Positions 1 to 14,979 of a DNA stretch of 60,000 nucleotides are shown in pieces. A program made the translations under genes and the position numbers. Position 1 is the first letter of the stretch, and each line of letters begins with the position of its first letter. The stretch covers positions 8,248,001-8,308,000 of the forward strand of contig NC_087246.1 in the NCBI RefSeq assembly GCF_037042905.1, written 5' to 3'. The DNA is from Lytechinus pictus. Its lineage: Eukaryota. The notes below the pieces were generated by a model. It was not told where the DNA came from. It was given only the letters and a program-made list of their open reading frames with translations, and did no database searches.

Positions 1-584
1 GGGTATTGGAGATATCTGCATTTGATGAAACGTCTGCCCTTTGAAATTTCAGAGTTTCGTTCTGCGCGGGGAGGAATATCTTCCTCCCGGCATATACACT
101 TCTTCTCCTCTGTTTTGCGAGTTAAAGATATGCACTGTCGCTAAATTGTTTGTAATCAAATCTGACCTTTCCAAGGGAAGTATCCAATATGTGTTTGAGA
201 ATACCGTTTTCTCGGGACCCTTTTCATGGCAAAAAATTGATAAAACGCTTTAGTTTCCGCGCTTCGCGCGGGGTTATTATCATTTTAATTTCCTCCATTG
301 TATTCCTTTTTTGTGCGTTCACAATCTTTTTTGAAAACAATGTTCAAAATCACAATATAGTCAACTGAATTGGAGCTGATATATAGGTACTAAAGACAAG
401 AGAGACGGCTCCTTTTCATTTTAATTTATGAAACACCAAAAGCTTCGCAAGGGAGGGGGAAACTCCCCCTCCCTGCACCCAACCCCTAGGGAGCGCGCTT
501 CGCGCGCTCTGTAAGTGTTGGCACGCTTCGCGTGCATTTACCGCCCCCTCCAAAATGAAATCCTGGCTACGCGGTTGGTAGTGA

Positions 585-798
585 TCGAGGGACATCATCA
601 ACTCTCATTTGCATAATACTGAGTTGTGCATATAACTATTTTGTGAAAAATATAGGCTATGTGAAATTTGGAAATGCCATACTGATTTAATCATTTTTAC
701 ATCCAATTTTGATGAATTTTTCAAAATTATGCTTGTTGGATTTTTTTCTATTGATTCAAATCAACATTTTTTTTTCTGGGGTGGACTTGACCTTTAAT
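585..798. mobile_element. Terminal fragment of the same Kolobok-like MITE family
   Basis: Ends CTGGGGTGGACTTGACCT-TTAA; similar to 41020-41220. Confidence 0.7.
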
Positions 799-2165
799 TA
801 AACATTGAACTGTGGGAGAGATGCAAAAAAAATGGCAGGGGCAATGATTTACAAGCCAAGCGCTGATCGATTTTCAAGTCATTATCAGAAAAAGGAGGTG
901 AAAGAACGGGAAGGGGAAAAAATGCAATGAAAGAAAGAAATTATATAGAGAAAGAAAGAACGTAGGGGAGGGGGGTTGGGTGGGGATCGAGCTGCATGGG
1001 AACGAGTCGTTGGGAATTTGTCTAGTCTGACAAACTTTATTATTGCAATTCTTTGTTTCTAACTTGACAACCAAACGATACACGTCCCTCATGAATAACC
1101 GGATATATATTGTCACTCGGACTGTTATGAGTGAGAGAAAAGCAAAAAAAACCAAAACAAACATGTTGCGATATCGGCCTAAATTAATTGCATCATAATT
1201 CATAGTGCATTGAAGTAATATTATTTCTTCACACACACTTTCTTGTGAAAATGCCTATTTGTTCAACTGCATGGCCTATCCCTTCCCCAATAGGCCTACC
1301 CCCCCCCCCCCAACCTCACCAATCGCATAGGGTGGACAAAATAATACTGCACGAGCAAGTATTTGGCCTTCGGCTGTATAAAACGTGTAATTTTTGTTTG
1401 TCAACGAAACAAAGTACGAATCTCTTCTAATGAAAAGATCTCTGACTTCATAATTTTATAAAGTCAAAACTTATTCCCAAAATATTTTATGAATGTGAGA
1501 AAGACCAGCGGTCGAGAATACAGCATATACGCCAGTTTTCCCAAATTTTTCTTTCCACATGTAAATTGGCGGATCAGGGCTGGGGGCGACCAAGGTATAT
1601 TTTGAAAATTGCTCACAGACATACATTTTTATTTATTTACTTTAATAATTGTATGCATTTATTCATTCATTCATGCATGGTCATTTATCATATATTCTGT
1701 TTCATTTCCCCAGTGTAAGAGAGTCTTGCACAATAGAGCTAAATGTACGAAAATTGCCGTTATAAAATATGGGCCCGTCTGTTTTGCTGTTTCCACCAAT
1801 TTTTATTTCAAAATCCAAAATGATACATTTTCTTTTGTTCCACGTTCCAATAAATAAAAAATCTTACTTGACATCTAACACGAAACGAGTGACCATTTTT
1901 GAACTTTCTTCACAACGTAAAATTTTATAAGAATCTTTTTACTATAATTGGCGACCTTGCCTGACACAGTCCAATTCGATATTGCCATAAACTATATAAA
2001 TCGCTCTTGTACCATGATTGGTATACCCTGGCCAAATGGCACTGGATGCATGATCAGTTTCAAGTTTCCAATTTGCACCTTTCTAATGAGTCTGAGCAGA
2101 AACACAAGTAAAGAACTGTATATAGCTCCTTTATAGAGGCATATTTACAAATGATATGTTGGGTA

Positions 2166-4577
2166 CAGGGGCGGATCCAGCTTCGCTGATATGGGGGGGG
2201 GGGATTTTTCAGTCACATTTTCCACAATCGGCCGCTCGAAGTTGATTTATGTATGTTTATTTGAAGGGGTAGTCCATTAGCTGTATTCCTATAAATCAAC
2301 ATAAATATTTAATAATCTCATAAGCCTTATATAAATAGTTCGAGCGCGAAGCGCGAGCTAATTTTGTATTTGAAATTTTAACATTCTGGGCAATGTTTGT
2401 GAGCCTGAACGAATCGTGTATATATGCAACTAAATAATTACTGCGAAGCGTGAACAGAAATTTTAAATATACGTTTTGATCTGATCGAAAAGGAACCATG
2501 CACCTGTCAAGGACGTCTTGCAGTTAGCCATGAATGCGTTGCATATTTCAACAATCAAATAGAAGTACATTTTTACCTAAAGAAGGGAAATTCTAAGCTT
2601 TTTTGTAAACGTAAACAGGATATGTATATCACTGAACTATTGATGCGAGGGCGAAGCGCGAGAGTAAAAAAAAGAGATTTAGACTAAAACGGGACACATC
2701 ATTCATGTTTTGTAAATAATGAAAAGGATGAGTAATTTGGGATCTTTCTAGATTAATAACATGAATAATGCGAGCGCGGATCCAGGGCGAAGTTCCCGGG
2801 TCCCTCTAGGAGTGGGGAAAATAAAAAAAGGGAAAAGAGAGGAGAAAAAAAGGAGGAAAAGAGGAGGAAGACAAATGAAAAAAATAAGGTGAGAAGAAGA
2901 CTTGGAAAATACAAAAAAAATAAGAATCTTTCATATCACTATATGAATTTTTCGCTCGCACTTGCATGTTAGATATCGAGATACAAATAATCCTCAATGG
3001 GCTGATATGGAGCTTAAAATATCACGTTGCTTGATTTACAAATTGATTTTTTTTAATGTGCAGCCGTAGTCCGTTTATGGTCTGATCGAGTATCAATGCA
3101 GCTCGCGCTACGCGCTCGCATTATTTGTCAAGTACCCAATCTCTAGTCTTCGTATTTACAATAAATTCTCGAAATATTGTTATTCAGGTCTGATTGTCAA
3201 AACATATCAGCTCTGATTGTCAAAACCTATCAGCTAGCGCTGCGCGCTCACATTTCGATTGGTTAGTTATTTATCTCTATAACAAACTATTTAAAATCCC
3301 TTTTCATGACAATTTATTTAAAAAAAAATCGGTTCGTGATTTGCGCTCGCATTAATTGTTAAAGATATATCAACCAATGCCTTCTATTCATAAATAGAAA
3401 AATACTTAGAATATCCAGTTTTCAGAAATTGATATTAACAAATTTCTCGCTCTTATTGGGCTTATTAGAGTAATAAATAAGATAATAACAATAACATTTC
3501 ATGAATTGCTAATAACTATATTGTCTTTTTTTATAATTGAAAGAATTTTCATCTCGCGCTTGGGGACACTTAATAGGTAGATAATTTCTATTTTCATATG
3601 ACAAAATGTCCTTAGAATGTTCCCGTCCTAGGTCAGAATAATTTCCGAAAAATATCCGCTCGAGCTTCGCGCTTGAATCATTTATTGAGTGCGATCCACA
3701 TCCAGTCAGTTTCATTTTCAGTGTTTGAAATAGTTTTCAGATTAGAATTCTGCTCGCACTTCCCGCTCGCATTACGTAGGAAGATGCCTAATTACCCATC
3801 TTCACGCCTTACAAAACATGAACTAGTGTCCCGTTTTTAGCTCTAAATCTTAATTTTCCCCATCGCGCTTATCGCTCGTATTGTCTAGTTATATACCTAT
3901 TCAGTTCAGGATTAATGCTTAGAATGTCAATTTTCTTGTTGGAATGTCAAAAATGTTCAGCCCGCACTTCGCGCTCGCATTATTCCATTCTTGAAATAGG
4001 CCATCATAATTATATAGGCCTATGTATCGTCTTCATGGCTACTACAATCAGAACAGGTCCCTTGTTTATCAGGCCAGAATATATATGGAAAAAAAAATCT
4101 GCTCGTGCTTCGTATTTGCAGTATAGTTATTAGTTCGATGTTTTATTTTCAGGACAAAATATGACATTTACGAAAAATTTTAACTCGCGCATCACTCGCA
4201 CTATATTGAATAGTACGTATAGGATTATACATTTCAGGGGTCGCGGAAGCGAGGGGGGGCTCCAGCCCCTGCTTTTTTCCATAACCGTGTTCAAAAAAGT
4301 AAAAATGACCATTTGATTGTGATTTTTTGCATGGTCACCCCCCCCCCCCAAAAAAAACACATTTGACTCGATCAGCCCCCCCCCCTCACTTTGAAAACCA
4401 TTCTGCGGCCCCTGCATTTATGTTGTTTTATAAGAATAAAGCTGACTGTTAGGTCTACACCTTCAAAGAAAGAAACAAACAAAAATCAACTCAGAGCGGT
4501 CGATCGTGGAAAATAATGGGTGAAAAATCCCCCCCCCCCATATTCGTGATATTGGCCGCGAAATTGATCTGCCTCTG
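2166..4577. repeat. Two opposed copies of a GGCGGATCC-terminated interspersed repeat rich in GCGCTTCGCGCTCGC motifs
   Basis: 2166-2780 is reverse-complementary to parts of about 3700-4577; no matching TSD around the whole block. Confidence 0.6.
4235..4414. mobile_element. Small MITE with 5-bp TSD CATTT
   Basis: Imperfect TIR CAGGGGTCGCGGAA / TTCTGCGGCCCCTG; homologous to 29043-29201. Confidence 0.75.
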
Positions 4578-6071
4578 CTATCATGTTAGCTCGTTCCATT
4601 CTTATTTCCTGTTTCCCTTGCCTCATTTGTTCTTTCTTTTCCTTTACTTGTTATCCTCTTTTTTTTACCTTTCCCTTTCTTCTTTTCTCCCTTTTCCCAC
4701 TTCCAAATTAATTTCCCTTCCCCAATGCATGCGCTGAAATATGACGTGAAAGACATGAACACATCGTACACGCAAAACTGTGTATGAACAGAATGCATAG
4801 AGTTGGATAAAGCGTGAGAGAATGTCAGGCCGAAGCGCCGAGCTGAGCGAGCGTGACCAATGTCCATCGCATCGCATCGCATGCAGCATGCAGTATAATG
4901 TATCTCGCAGTTTCAAGAACCATGAACCAATCTTGTCGCACGTGGAAATTTGTAGCCAAAATTTTGACAGACTCATCTCTAATACGTTTTCATGAACGTC
5001 AAAATAAACTACTGTAACATGTGAACTACAGGTTGGAGGGACAGCATAAGGGGTAAGTTAGTCCACATTTTTTTAAATAATTATCTAACCCATCTAACAA
5101 AAATTCAACGGTTTCCTGTGCTCCTCGCCGAACTCGCTGGGGGAGAAACTCGACGGAGGCCATGCTAAAACTAAGAACAATGATCGACGAGCGGGTACAC
5201 AGAATTAGCAGACTACGCTCGCAGGGATATTTCGGTTTGCTAAAAGTGGAACGGCTAGTGATCAACTAACAGGGGAAAAAATCAGTCGTGGACGAAAGTG
5301 GGCGCTATATAAGTGCGCATAAATTCAGCGAACTGTCTTTGAAATTCAGCCGAGGAGAATGATTTTATTTCTCGGAGTTTATTTAAAATTTAATATTTCC
5401 AAGAAGAAATTCTGTCAATTTCGCATTGAATCATCATCAGCAATCGTTATTCAATAGGAAAGATCCATTCAACTGGAATTTTTGTATCCTTTACCAACAC
5501 TATCCACGAGCTTTAAAATGCTCTTTTTAAAACATCTTTGTTCACTCTTTTTAGGATTCTGCTCGAATTAAATTTTAAAGATTGCAATACTGGGGTATCA
5601 CAATTTCTTTCATGTATTTTATAGTTTTCTAAATTTCTTATGTATTTCTTTAGTGTATTTTCAATGGAAATTGTCTGGGACTTTGAAATGTTGCGTAATT
5701 TCGGAACCACATACCCAGGGGCCGCAATTTTGGTGTCCAAAGTTGTGCGAGACTTGAAAGTAAAAGGTCAGAGAATGATGCGGTCAACAAATTTTGCTAG
5801 GTGGATTTATTGTGAAAAATGTCGAGGGGGAGGCTGAATCAGCTACCCAGTCTTAGAGAAAAGTACATTTATCTAATCAAGATCTATAAAAAAAGATTCA
5901 TTTAGTCAGAGGAAACTCTTAAAGTAACGCTGTGGATTCTTCAGCTAGAATCATTTATTAATATGCATTATAACAAAGTGCCAAATTAACTCCTTTTAAG
6001 TCTGTTACATATTCTATAAACTTTTTTATCATGTGTGCATCATTTTGTCTTCAAGAATTATGTTTTTGCAT

Positions 6072-7525
6072 CAGGGTTGGCCGATTTAAATAACGTTGAT
6101 TTAAATTTCAATTTAAAATCAAAATGATTTTTTTTTAATCATTGATTTTAGTCACTTCCATTGAAACATGTACAAATGATTGACAATTTTTTTTGCGGCA
6201 GTTTTATTTTTTTTCACTCAGAAACGATTTTATCAACTTTTTATCATCAAAACATTTTAGAGCAATTGAAATCAAGTCAATAAAATCAGGTTAATGTTGT
6301 AAAACCAAAGATGTGCATGTAATCTATCCTATAAGCGGTTAACACTTGGACCCTACTCCACTTTTACAATGGACAAAATATTTCCTGTAAATATTCCTTT
6401 GTTGATAGTAATACAAAGTTCTTGAACAATTTGTTCATCCATAACACTTCAGAACAAAAACATGTTAAAATTGAAAAAGAGGAATTTAAAAAAGAAACCC
6501 TGAATTTGTGAGGCTGAAGTCCATCAGAAGTTTTTGCCTGGATGGGGTTGAACCAAGGCATACTAGTATTCAGACTTTCTGTATACGATTGTGCTTCATT
6601 CAGCTGGTACACTGAGAAAGGTTCAGTAATAAATTAAAAAATGTATGCATGCTCTTGGTAAAGGACACTAAATTATGGCAACAACCATAAACATGCCCTT
6701 TGCCAAAAGTGAGCATTTATTTTTGTACATTTCTCTGTGAATGTGTTGAATTGAGTGGAGTAATACATAAGATCTGCATTATCCCTGGTAACCTATAGTT
6801 CAACAGTTCATTCTTTTACTTGTATTTAAAACTTACAATCTAGTAATGTTGCATTTCTAGAACCTGTTTTCTTATTTTTTGAAAAACTGCCAACAGCTGC
6901 CATATACTAATATTCAGGTTTATTATAAAATAATTTATTTAAATCAATTTGCAACTCAGTTTTTTCCCAATCAGTCAATGATTTGAAACAGTCAAAGAGT
7001 TCCAACTATGGCTTAAAGAACAAAGGAGGTTTTAACCAAAAAAAAAAATGCAGTTTTCTTTAACTTCAATCCTTGGCTTGAAAATAAAAAAAAATATTTC
7101 TGTTTGGAGAGTGTGAGTCTCAGAGTCATGGAAATTCTTCCAAAGAAACCGATCCTCATTTTGTGTAAAGAGCTTTGAATAGGAACACTAACTATGCAGC
7201 ATTAGCTGTACCAAGACAATATTGAACCCAGTAGGAGCTCTCTACATCACAGGACGCAGCAGACACAGCAGAAAATGCAAGCATCTTCATGATCTTCAAT
7301 ATTTTCTATAAATTCTATTTTGACTTGATTTGATTATGAAATAGAAAGCTAAGAATGGTTTTAGTAGTGAAATGTATGATTTGGAAATTTATGTCAAAGG
7401 ATTATATTTTTGGTACCGTATTTGCGTTTGTTTTTTTATACAATTTTTGTTTTTATAAAAATCAGATTTAAATCAAATCTGATTTTTAACATTTTTTTTA
7501 ATGAAAAAAAAAATTGCCAACCCTG
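6072..7525. mobile_element. hAT-like non-autonomous element
   Basis: TIR CAGGGTTGGC; near-perfect 8-bp TSD TTTTGCAT/TGTTGCAT; subterminal GATTTAAAT motifs. Confidence 0.75.
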
Positions 7526-8806
7526 TGTTGCATACAAGGAGTTAAATAATCTTGAAATCATGATGATTTTGAAGGTATTATTATGAAGTCACTGTCACCA
7601 AAGAAGAAATGGGTTATTATCTTTGAAAATGCATTTTTTTAAATACATTTATTAAGCCTCTGCCCACATGTGTATATGCATTATGACATCAGTCTGTCTA
7701 TCAGTATGAGAAAAATGAATAAATCAGCATTTAACTTGGTTAATGAATGTATGTATGGAAGTGATGATTGGATGAGATTACAAAAATCTATAAGATTTTA
7801 AAAGTTTTGTTCATGTGATCTAACTTTGGTGTAAAAGTTTACATACTAGAAAAACATTTTTAAAAATCTGTACAATTATAGGCGAGACTTGTTGAAATTT
7901 CCAAAAAGTGTGTTAGATATATCAAACTGAAATTAACATTGTATCAAACTAAAACATACAATCCCAATAAAACAATAAACAACCCAATTTTCACATATAG
8001 TATTACAAGAGAGTAGCAGTTCTAAAAGAAGTGACAAAATCATTACAACCATAACAAATTACTAACTACAAAAATAATATACCCAACTCAAATATGAAAT
8101 CCATTTGGAGTAATTTAAAATTGCTTCTAATTACCATTTCTATCTATCTAGATCAAATTATAGTAAAAAAATTTATTTGATTTTGGTGCTCACAATTTCA
8201 TTTGGTGTCAACTCCGCCAAAATGTCTCTAGCTAGTCTTGAAAGTAAAATATGCACAGTAAATCTTTTATTCAATTCAGGGAGTGCCTTTATGTTTCCTT
8301 ATTTCATTCAGAAAATAATGTTTTGATTTGTTATTTCTTATGTTGGATTTGGAACAATAATAGCCAAGTCAGGGATGTTTTTTTTTTAATCAATGGAGTA
8401 AAAAGGTGTCTAATCCCTGAAAGGTGCTTATAAGAGAGCAATGGTAGGTGGATTGGAAATGGTTGGTCACCAGTGTAGTATACTGGGAGCTTAATGTGAC
8501 AAATGCTTCCTTTTATTTAACATTAAGTCTGATTATAATGTCTCTCAGGTGTACGTAGTTTTGTTTTATTTTTTTTTTTTTTTCAGCTGAACTCTTATAT
8601 TCTATTAAATATGTTTTCAAATAAATGTTTTGAATAGTATCTTTATTTGTCTCCACAGTTTTGTAAAAGAATTCAAACTGACAAATTTCTATGCAATTTA
8701 TAGAAATTGACAATCTTAGCAGTATATAAGTGGAAGTTTAATGTTTTTTCCATTCTTATGAAGACTCAATAAACAAAAAGAAAGGAAACATGCATTATAT
8801 GATATA

Positions 8807-9563
8807 CAGTGCATATCAAAAAAGTTTTGAAAACCTGAAAATAGGTATATGGGTAAAATTAGATATTAATCATGAAGAGCATACATGGACTTAAGCTATA
8901 AAGAAGATTGATTAGAATATGCCCTTTTCCTTTCTAACTTCTTTCATTGGCCAAAACATTCACTGCTCCCCCCTTCCCCTACACATCTAGACCATCGTGG
9001 TGTGATATCTGCTTTACATGCAGAAGTGATTCACATGAAATGGCCAAGGTTTGACTTTTTTCTTCTGTTATGCCATGTTAAGCCTGGGGAAAGTTGATAA
9101 ACATGTATGAAATAAGTATGAAATGTTAACACCCTTTAAATGACAAAACTTAACTTTATATCCTTGGATCAATTAATCCTCAGATCAAGACGAAGCACAA
9201 ACAACTGAAAAGTTATATTAACCTTGGGTTAGAATGTTATTCGGGTAGACAAGTTGTTATAAAGAGTTACAATGTACCTGTTTCATTTCCACTGCCTAAA
9301 AATGTCCCAAAGCACCCAAATTAGATAAATGTACAGCACGGTCATTTTGCTTTTTTACCTTTTTCTCTCGTCATGGCATGAAAATCATATTTTTTATGCA
9401 AATCAATGTCTGCGAGCTTTATTCACTCAAGCATGCCATTCTGTCAAAAATTATGCTTTCGTCTAATGAGACCAAAGCTTGAGAATATATTATGTGAAAA
9501 ATGATCCCTATCTTGTACTTATTGTAGTTTTTTTCTGTTTCGGGGACGTATGGATACGTACTG
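8807..9563. mobile_element. Tc1/mariner-like MITE
   Basis: TA-CAGTGCATATC ... GATACGTACTG-TA (imperfect TIR). Confidence 0.6.
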
Positions 9564-12500
9564 TATAGTTATTCAAAATTGACAGCATATTCATTTTGGT
9601 GATAATTAATTTTCTGAACTTCAAACATGTCATAGACACAGGCCAAGGGAAGCAATGTTAGACACTTGGCGATCAATTCACACGGCAAAATTATTTTTAA
9701 TCTGCTTTATTGAAAATATAGAGTATGAATCAGTTTAGTATAATTAAAACATCTTTTTACTCTAACTTGAGAAATGAACAATCAATTGCAATGAGGTTTC
9801 TTGCAACACTTCATAAGCTTTCACATCTGAGACAAAAAAAAATGAATCTTTGTTTGTATTACTAAATAAGTGATCATTGTAAATTTGTACCAAATAATAT
9901 GGAGACAGTTAAGTATAATGAGTTTACTTCACAACATCTCATGAAGTAATTGAGGACATTGCCTATTACTGATCAATGACCATCCATCAAATAATTTATG
10001 GATATCAAAGATCAATTGAATCGATATTTACAGATTCCTTCATTTTAACTGATATTCTATGATTTTTTAAACTATTTTTTAGAAAGCACTTATTATCAAA
10101 TTATTCTGGATGGCTCTCGCGCATAACAGCAGCACGTATATCTATCTTGTGGGAAAGGTTTCAAGATTAAATAGGGTCATGATATTTGGAACGTTTACAT
10201 GTTGGTTGAAATATTTCGCAAAATCGATGTTAATTTCTCTCTTCTGCTATATTCTATGCTTTTAGCGTAATCATTGATTAATAATTTTGTCCTGTTGTGC
10301 ACCGTAAAATTAAACTGTCAAAAATACTTGAACAAAATTATTTCACAAATTGCCTGATTTTATTTATCTTTATCTTGGCAGTTTTAACATCACATCTTTT
10401 CTTTTCAGCCCCTTTTCTCAATTAAATTCTATTTATTTTTAAAATATCTTTATACAGGATAATATGCTCAGATTGACTGGTTTTCAGTGAAATAATGGAT
10501 GAAAACATGATTGTTAACGAAATGTATCATTAAGTTATGTCATGTATGTAATAAATGAAGCATTTTAATATTCAAAAAGCCACCAAATGCCCTGACAGTA
10601 TTGTGTACAATGTTAATGGGGACAAAAGAAAATCACAAGAGTGAGACCTAAAATGCTTATTACTCTATTATTATTATTATCATTTATTCGGCAAATAATA
10701 TTCAAAAATACATTTCAATGTGAACAATACAAAATAAGAAATATCAACCATTGGAACGCCAGGGACAGAAAAAGTTAACTTAATTACTGTGGCATGAAGC
10801 CCCAAATTGTCTTCATTGTATTAAGATAAGCGAGTGGAATACTGGCTAAAAACATAATTGTTAACGAAATACAAATGCAATTTATGTGATGAATGTTGTA
10901 TTTTGACATTAAAAATGGCCGACATAGGCCCATTATACATTATGTACAATGTGTTTGGAGAAATTAATTTTCACAAGAGTAAGAACTATAAAATGCATGC
11001 AATTGTGATCACCGAGTAAAATAATGTCTGAAAACATGTTTTCTAGCGAATCATATCATTTCTTTTGTCATGCATGAGATAAATGCTGTATGGTGAAATT
11101 CAAAATGGCCCCTATAGGCCCTAACAGTATCATCTACAATGTAAATGGGGACATGTAATTTTGTAAGAATTTGGATTTACTTGAGTATGAAATCCATAAA
11201 GTCCTGTTGTATGATAAAACATTATTTGAAATCATGATTTTTATGAAATATATATACATGTATAGCATTTCTTCTGCCATGTAAGTGATAAATACTGTAT
11301 TTTGACATTCAAAATAGCTGATACAAGCCCTAACTAAATGATGTTACATGCGTATAGGTAACCTACTTTTTACAAGAGTGAGAATCATAAAATGCATGTA
11401 ACTGTGATGTATGAGTAAAAATATTGTCTTAAATATGATTTCTAATCACATATTGGTCATGTAGGTAATAAATGCTGTACTTTGAAATTCAAAATGGCTG
11501 CCATAGTTCCTAAAAGTATTATGTACATTGTAATTTGGGACATAATTTTGACTGAATTCGGCTTCGCTTGACTACAAGTATTGCATATAATTGTGATGTA
11601 AGAGTGAAATATTGTCTAAAACCATGGTTCCTAACAAGGTATATCATATCTGGTGCATTTAAGGTGATAAATGCTGCATTCTGAAATGGAAAATGGCCGC
11701 CATGGACCCTTGTTGTATTATGTACAATTTGAATGAAGACAGATAATTTTCACAAAAGGGCATATGGCGGCCATTTTGAATTTTGAAATATAACATTTAT
11801 CACCTAAATTTTAGATTATAATTGATATATTTCGTTAGTAATCATGTTTTCAGACAATATTTCAATCATACAACATTTTAGTCAAGCAAAGCCAAAATCT
11901 GTTAAAATCATTTGTCCCCATTTATATTGTACACAATACTGTTGGGGCCTGTAGCGCCATTTTGACTTAAATTTAAAAATACAGTATTTATCACATACCT
12001 GGCATAAGAACTGATATATCTTGTTAGAAATTATGCTTTCAGACAATATTTTACTCATATATCACAATTACGTGCATCACTTGTGTGAAAATTTATTTCC
12101 TAGTTCGCATTGTACACAATACAATCAATGTCTATGGCGGCCATTTTGAAAGTCAAAATACAGTATTAAACACAAGCTTTAAACCTGAATGATATATTTT
12201 GTTAAAAATTATGTTTTTGTCTAATGAGACCAAAGCTTGAGAATATATTATGTGAAAAATGATCCCTATCTTGTACATGTAGTTTTTTTCTGTTTCGGGG
12301 ACGTATGGATACGTACTGTATAGTTATTCAAAATTGACAGCATATTCATTTTGGTGATAATTAATTTTCTGAACTTCAAACATGTCATAGACACAGGCCA
12401 AGGGAAGCAATGTTAGACACTTGGCGATCAATTCACACAGCAAAATTATTTTTAATCTGCTTTATGAAAATATAGAGTATGAATCAGTTTAGTATAATTA

Positions 12501-14979
12501 AAACATCTTTTTACTCTAACTTGAGAAATGAACAATCAATTGCAATGAGGTTTCTTGCAACACTTCATAAGCTTTCACATCTTAGACAAAAAAAATGAAT
12601 CTTTGTTTGTATTACTAAATAAGTGATCATTGTAAATTTGTACCAAATAATATGGAGACAGTTAAGTATAATGAGTTTACTTCACAACATCTCATGAAGT
12701 AATTGAGGACATTGCCTATTACTGATCAATGACCATCCATCAAATAATTTATGGATATCAAAGATCAATTGAATCGATATTTACAGATTCCTTCATTTTA
12801 ACTGATATTCTATGATTTTTAAAACTATTTTTTAGAAAGCACTTATTATCAAATTATTCTGGATGGCTCTCGCGCATAACAGCAGCACGTATATCTATCT
12901 TGTGGGAAAGGTTTCAGGATTAAATAGGGTCATGATATTTGGAACGTTTACATGTTGGTTGAAATATTTCGCAAAATCGATGTTAATTTCTCTCTTCTGC
13001 TATATTCTATGCTTTTAGCGTAATCATTGATTATTAATTTTGTCCTGTTGTGCACCGTAAAATTAAACTGTCAAAAATACTTGAACAAAATTATTTCACA
13101 AATTGCCTGATTTTATTTATCTTTATCTTGGCAGTTTTAACATCACATCTTTTCTTTTCAGCCCCTTTTCTCAATTAAATTCTATTTATTTTTTAAATAT
13201 CTTTATACAGGATAATATGCTCAGATTGACGGGTTTTCAGTGAAATAATGGATGAAAACATGATTGTTAACGAAATGTATCATTAAGTTATGTCATGTAT
13301 GTAATAAATGAAGCATTTTAATATTAAAAAAGCCACCAAATGCCCCGGCAGTTTGTGTACAATGTTAATGGGGACAAAAGAAAATCACAAGAGTGAGTCC
13401 TAAAATGCTTATTACTCTATTATTATTATTATCATTTATTCGGCAAATAATATTCAAAAATACATTTCAATGTGAACAATACAAAATAAGAAATATCAAC
13501 CATTGGAACGCCAGGGACAGAAAAAGTTAACTTAATTACTGTGGCATGAAGCCTCCTGTCCCAAATTGTCTTCATTGTATTAAGATAAGCGAGTGGAATA
13601 CTGGCTAAAAACATAATTGTTAACGAAATACAAATGCAATTTATGTGATGAATGTTGTATTTTGACATTAAAAATGGCCGACATAGGCCCATTATACATT
13701 ATGTACAATGTGTTTGGAGAAATTAATTTTCACAAGAGTAAGAACTATAAAATGCATGCAATTGTGATCACCGAGTAAAATAATGTCTGAAAACATGTTT
13801 CCTAGCGAATCATATCATTTCTTTTGCCATGCATGAGATAAATGCTGTATGGTGAAATTCAAAATGGCCCCTATAGGCCCTAACAGTATCATCTACAATG
13901 TAAATGGGGACATGTAATTTTGTAAGAATTTGGATTTACTTGAGTATGAAATCCATAAAGTCCTATTGTATGATAAAACATTATTTGAAAACATGATTTT
14001 TATGAAATATGTATACATGTATAGCATTTCTTCTGCCATGTAAGTGATAAATACTGTATTTTGACATTCAAAATAGCTGATACAAGCCCTAAGTAAATGA
14101 TGTTACATGCGTATAGGTAACCTACTTTTTACAAGAGTGAGAATCATAAAATGCATGTAACTGTGATGTATGAGTAAAAATATTGTCTTAAACATGATTT
14201 CTAAATAAATACATCACATATTGGTCATGTAGGTAATAAATGCTGTACTTTGAAATTCAAAATGGCTGCCATAGTTCCTAAAAGTATTATGTACATTGTA
14301 ATTTGGGACATAATTTTGACTGAATTCGGCTTCGCTTGACTACAAGTATTGCATATAATTGTGATGTAAGAGTGAAATATTGTCTAAAACCATGGTTCCT
14401 AACAAGGTATATCATATCTGGTGCATTTAAGGTGATAAATGCTGCATTCTGAAATGGAAAATGGCCGCCATGGACCCTTGTTGTATTATGTACAATTTGA
14501 ATGAAGACAGATAATTTTCACAAAAGGGCATATGGCGGCCATTTTGAATTTTGAAATATAACATTTATCACCTAAATTTTAGATTATAATTGATATATTT
14601 CGTGAGTAATCATGTTTTCAGACAATATTTCAATCATACAACACCATTAGTCAAGCAAAGCCAAAATCTGTTAAAATCATTTGTCCCCATTTATATTGTA
14701 CACAATACTGTTGGGGCCTGTAGCGCCATTTTGACTTTAAAAATACAGTATCTATCACATACCTGGCATAAGAACTGATATATCTTGTTAGAAATTATGC
14801 TTTCAGACAATATTTTACTCATGCACAATTACGTGCATCACTCGTGTGAAAATTTATTTCCTAGTTCGCATTGTACACAATACAATCAATGTCTATGGCG
14901 GCCATTTTGAAAGTCAAAATACAGTATTAAACACAAGCTTTAAACCTGAATGATATATTTTGTTAAAAATTATGTTTTT
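9461..14979 (+). repeat. Direct tandem duplication, period 2758 bp (9461-12218, 12219-14979)
   Basis: Near-identical sequence, e.g. GTCTAATGAGACCAAAGCTTGAG at 9461 and 12219; only scattered substitutions and small indels. Confidence 0.95.

Noticed and set aside
2300..4200. Regularly recurring GCGCTTCGCGCTCGC motifs resembling a CRISPR-like array
   Set aside because: Eukaryotic context, variable motif and spacing, no cas genes; the same motif is internal to several MITEs across the window.
6364..6612. Possible transposase remnant inside the hAT-like element 6072-7525
   Set aside because: No recognisable hAT catalytic or dimerisation motif in the translation.
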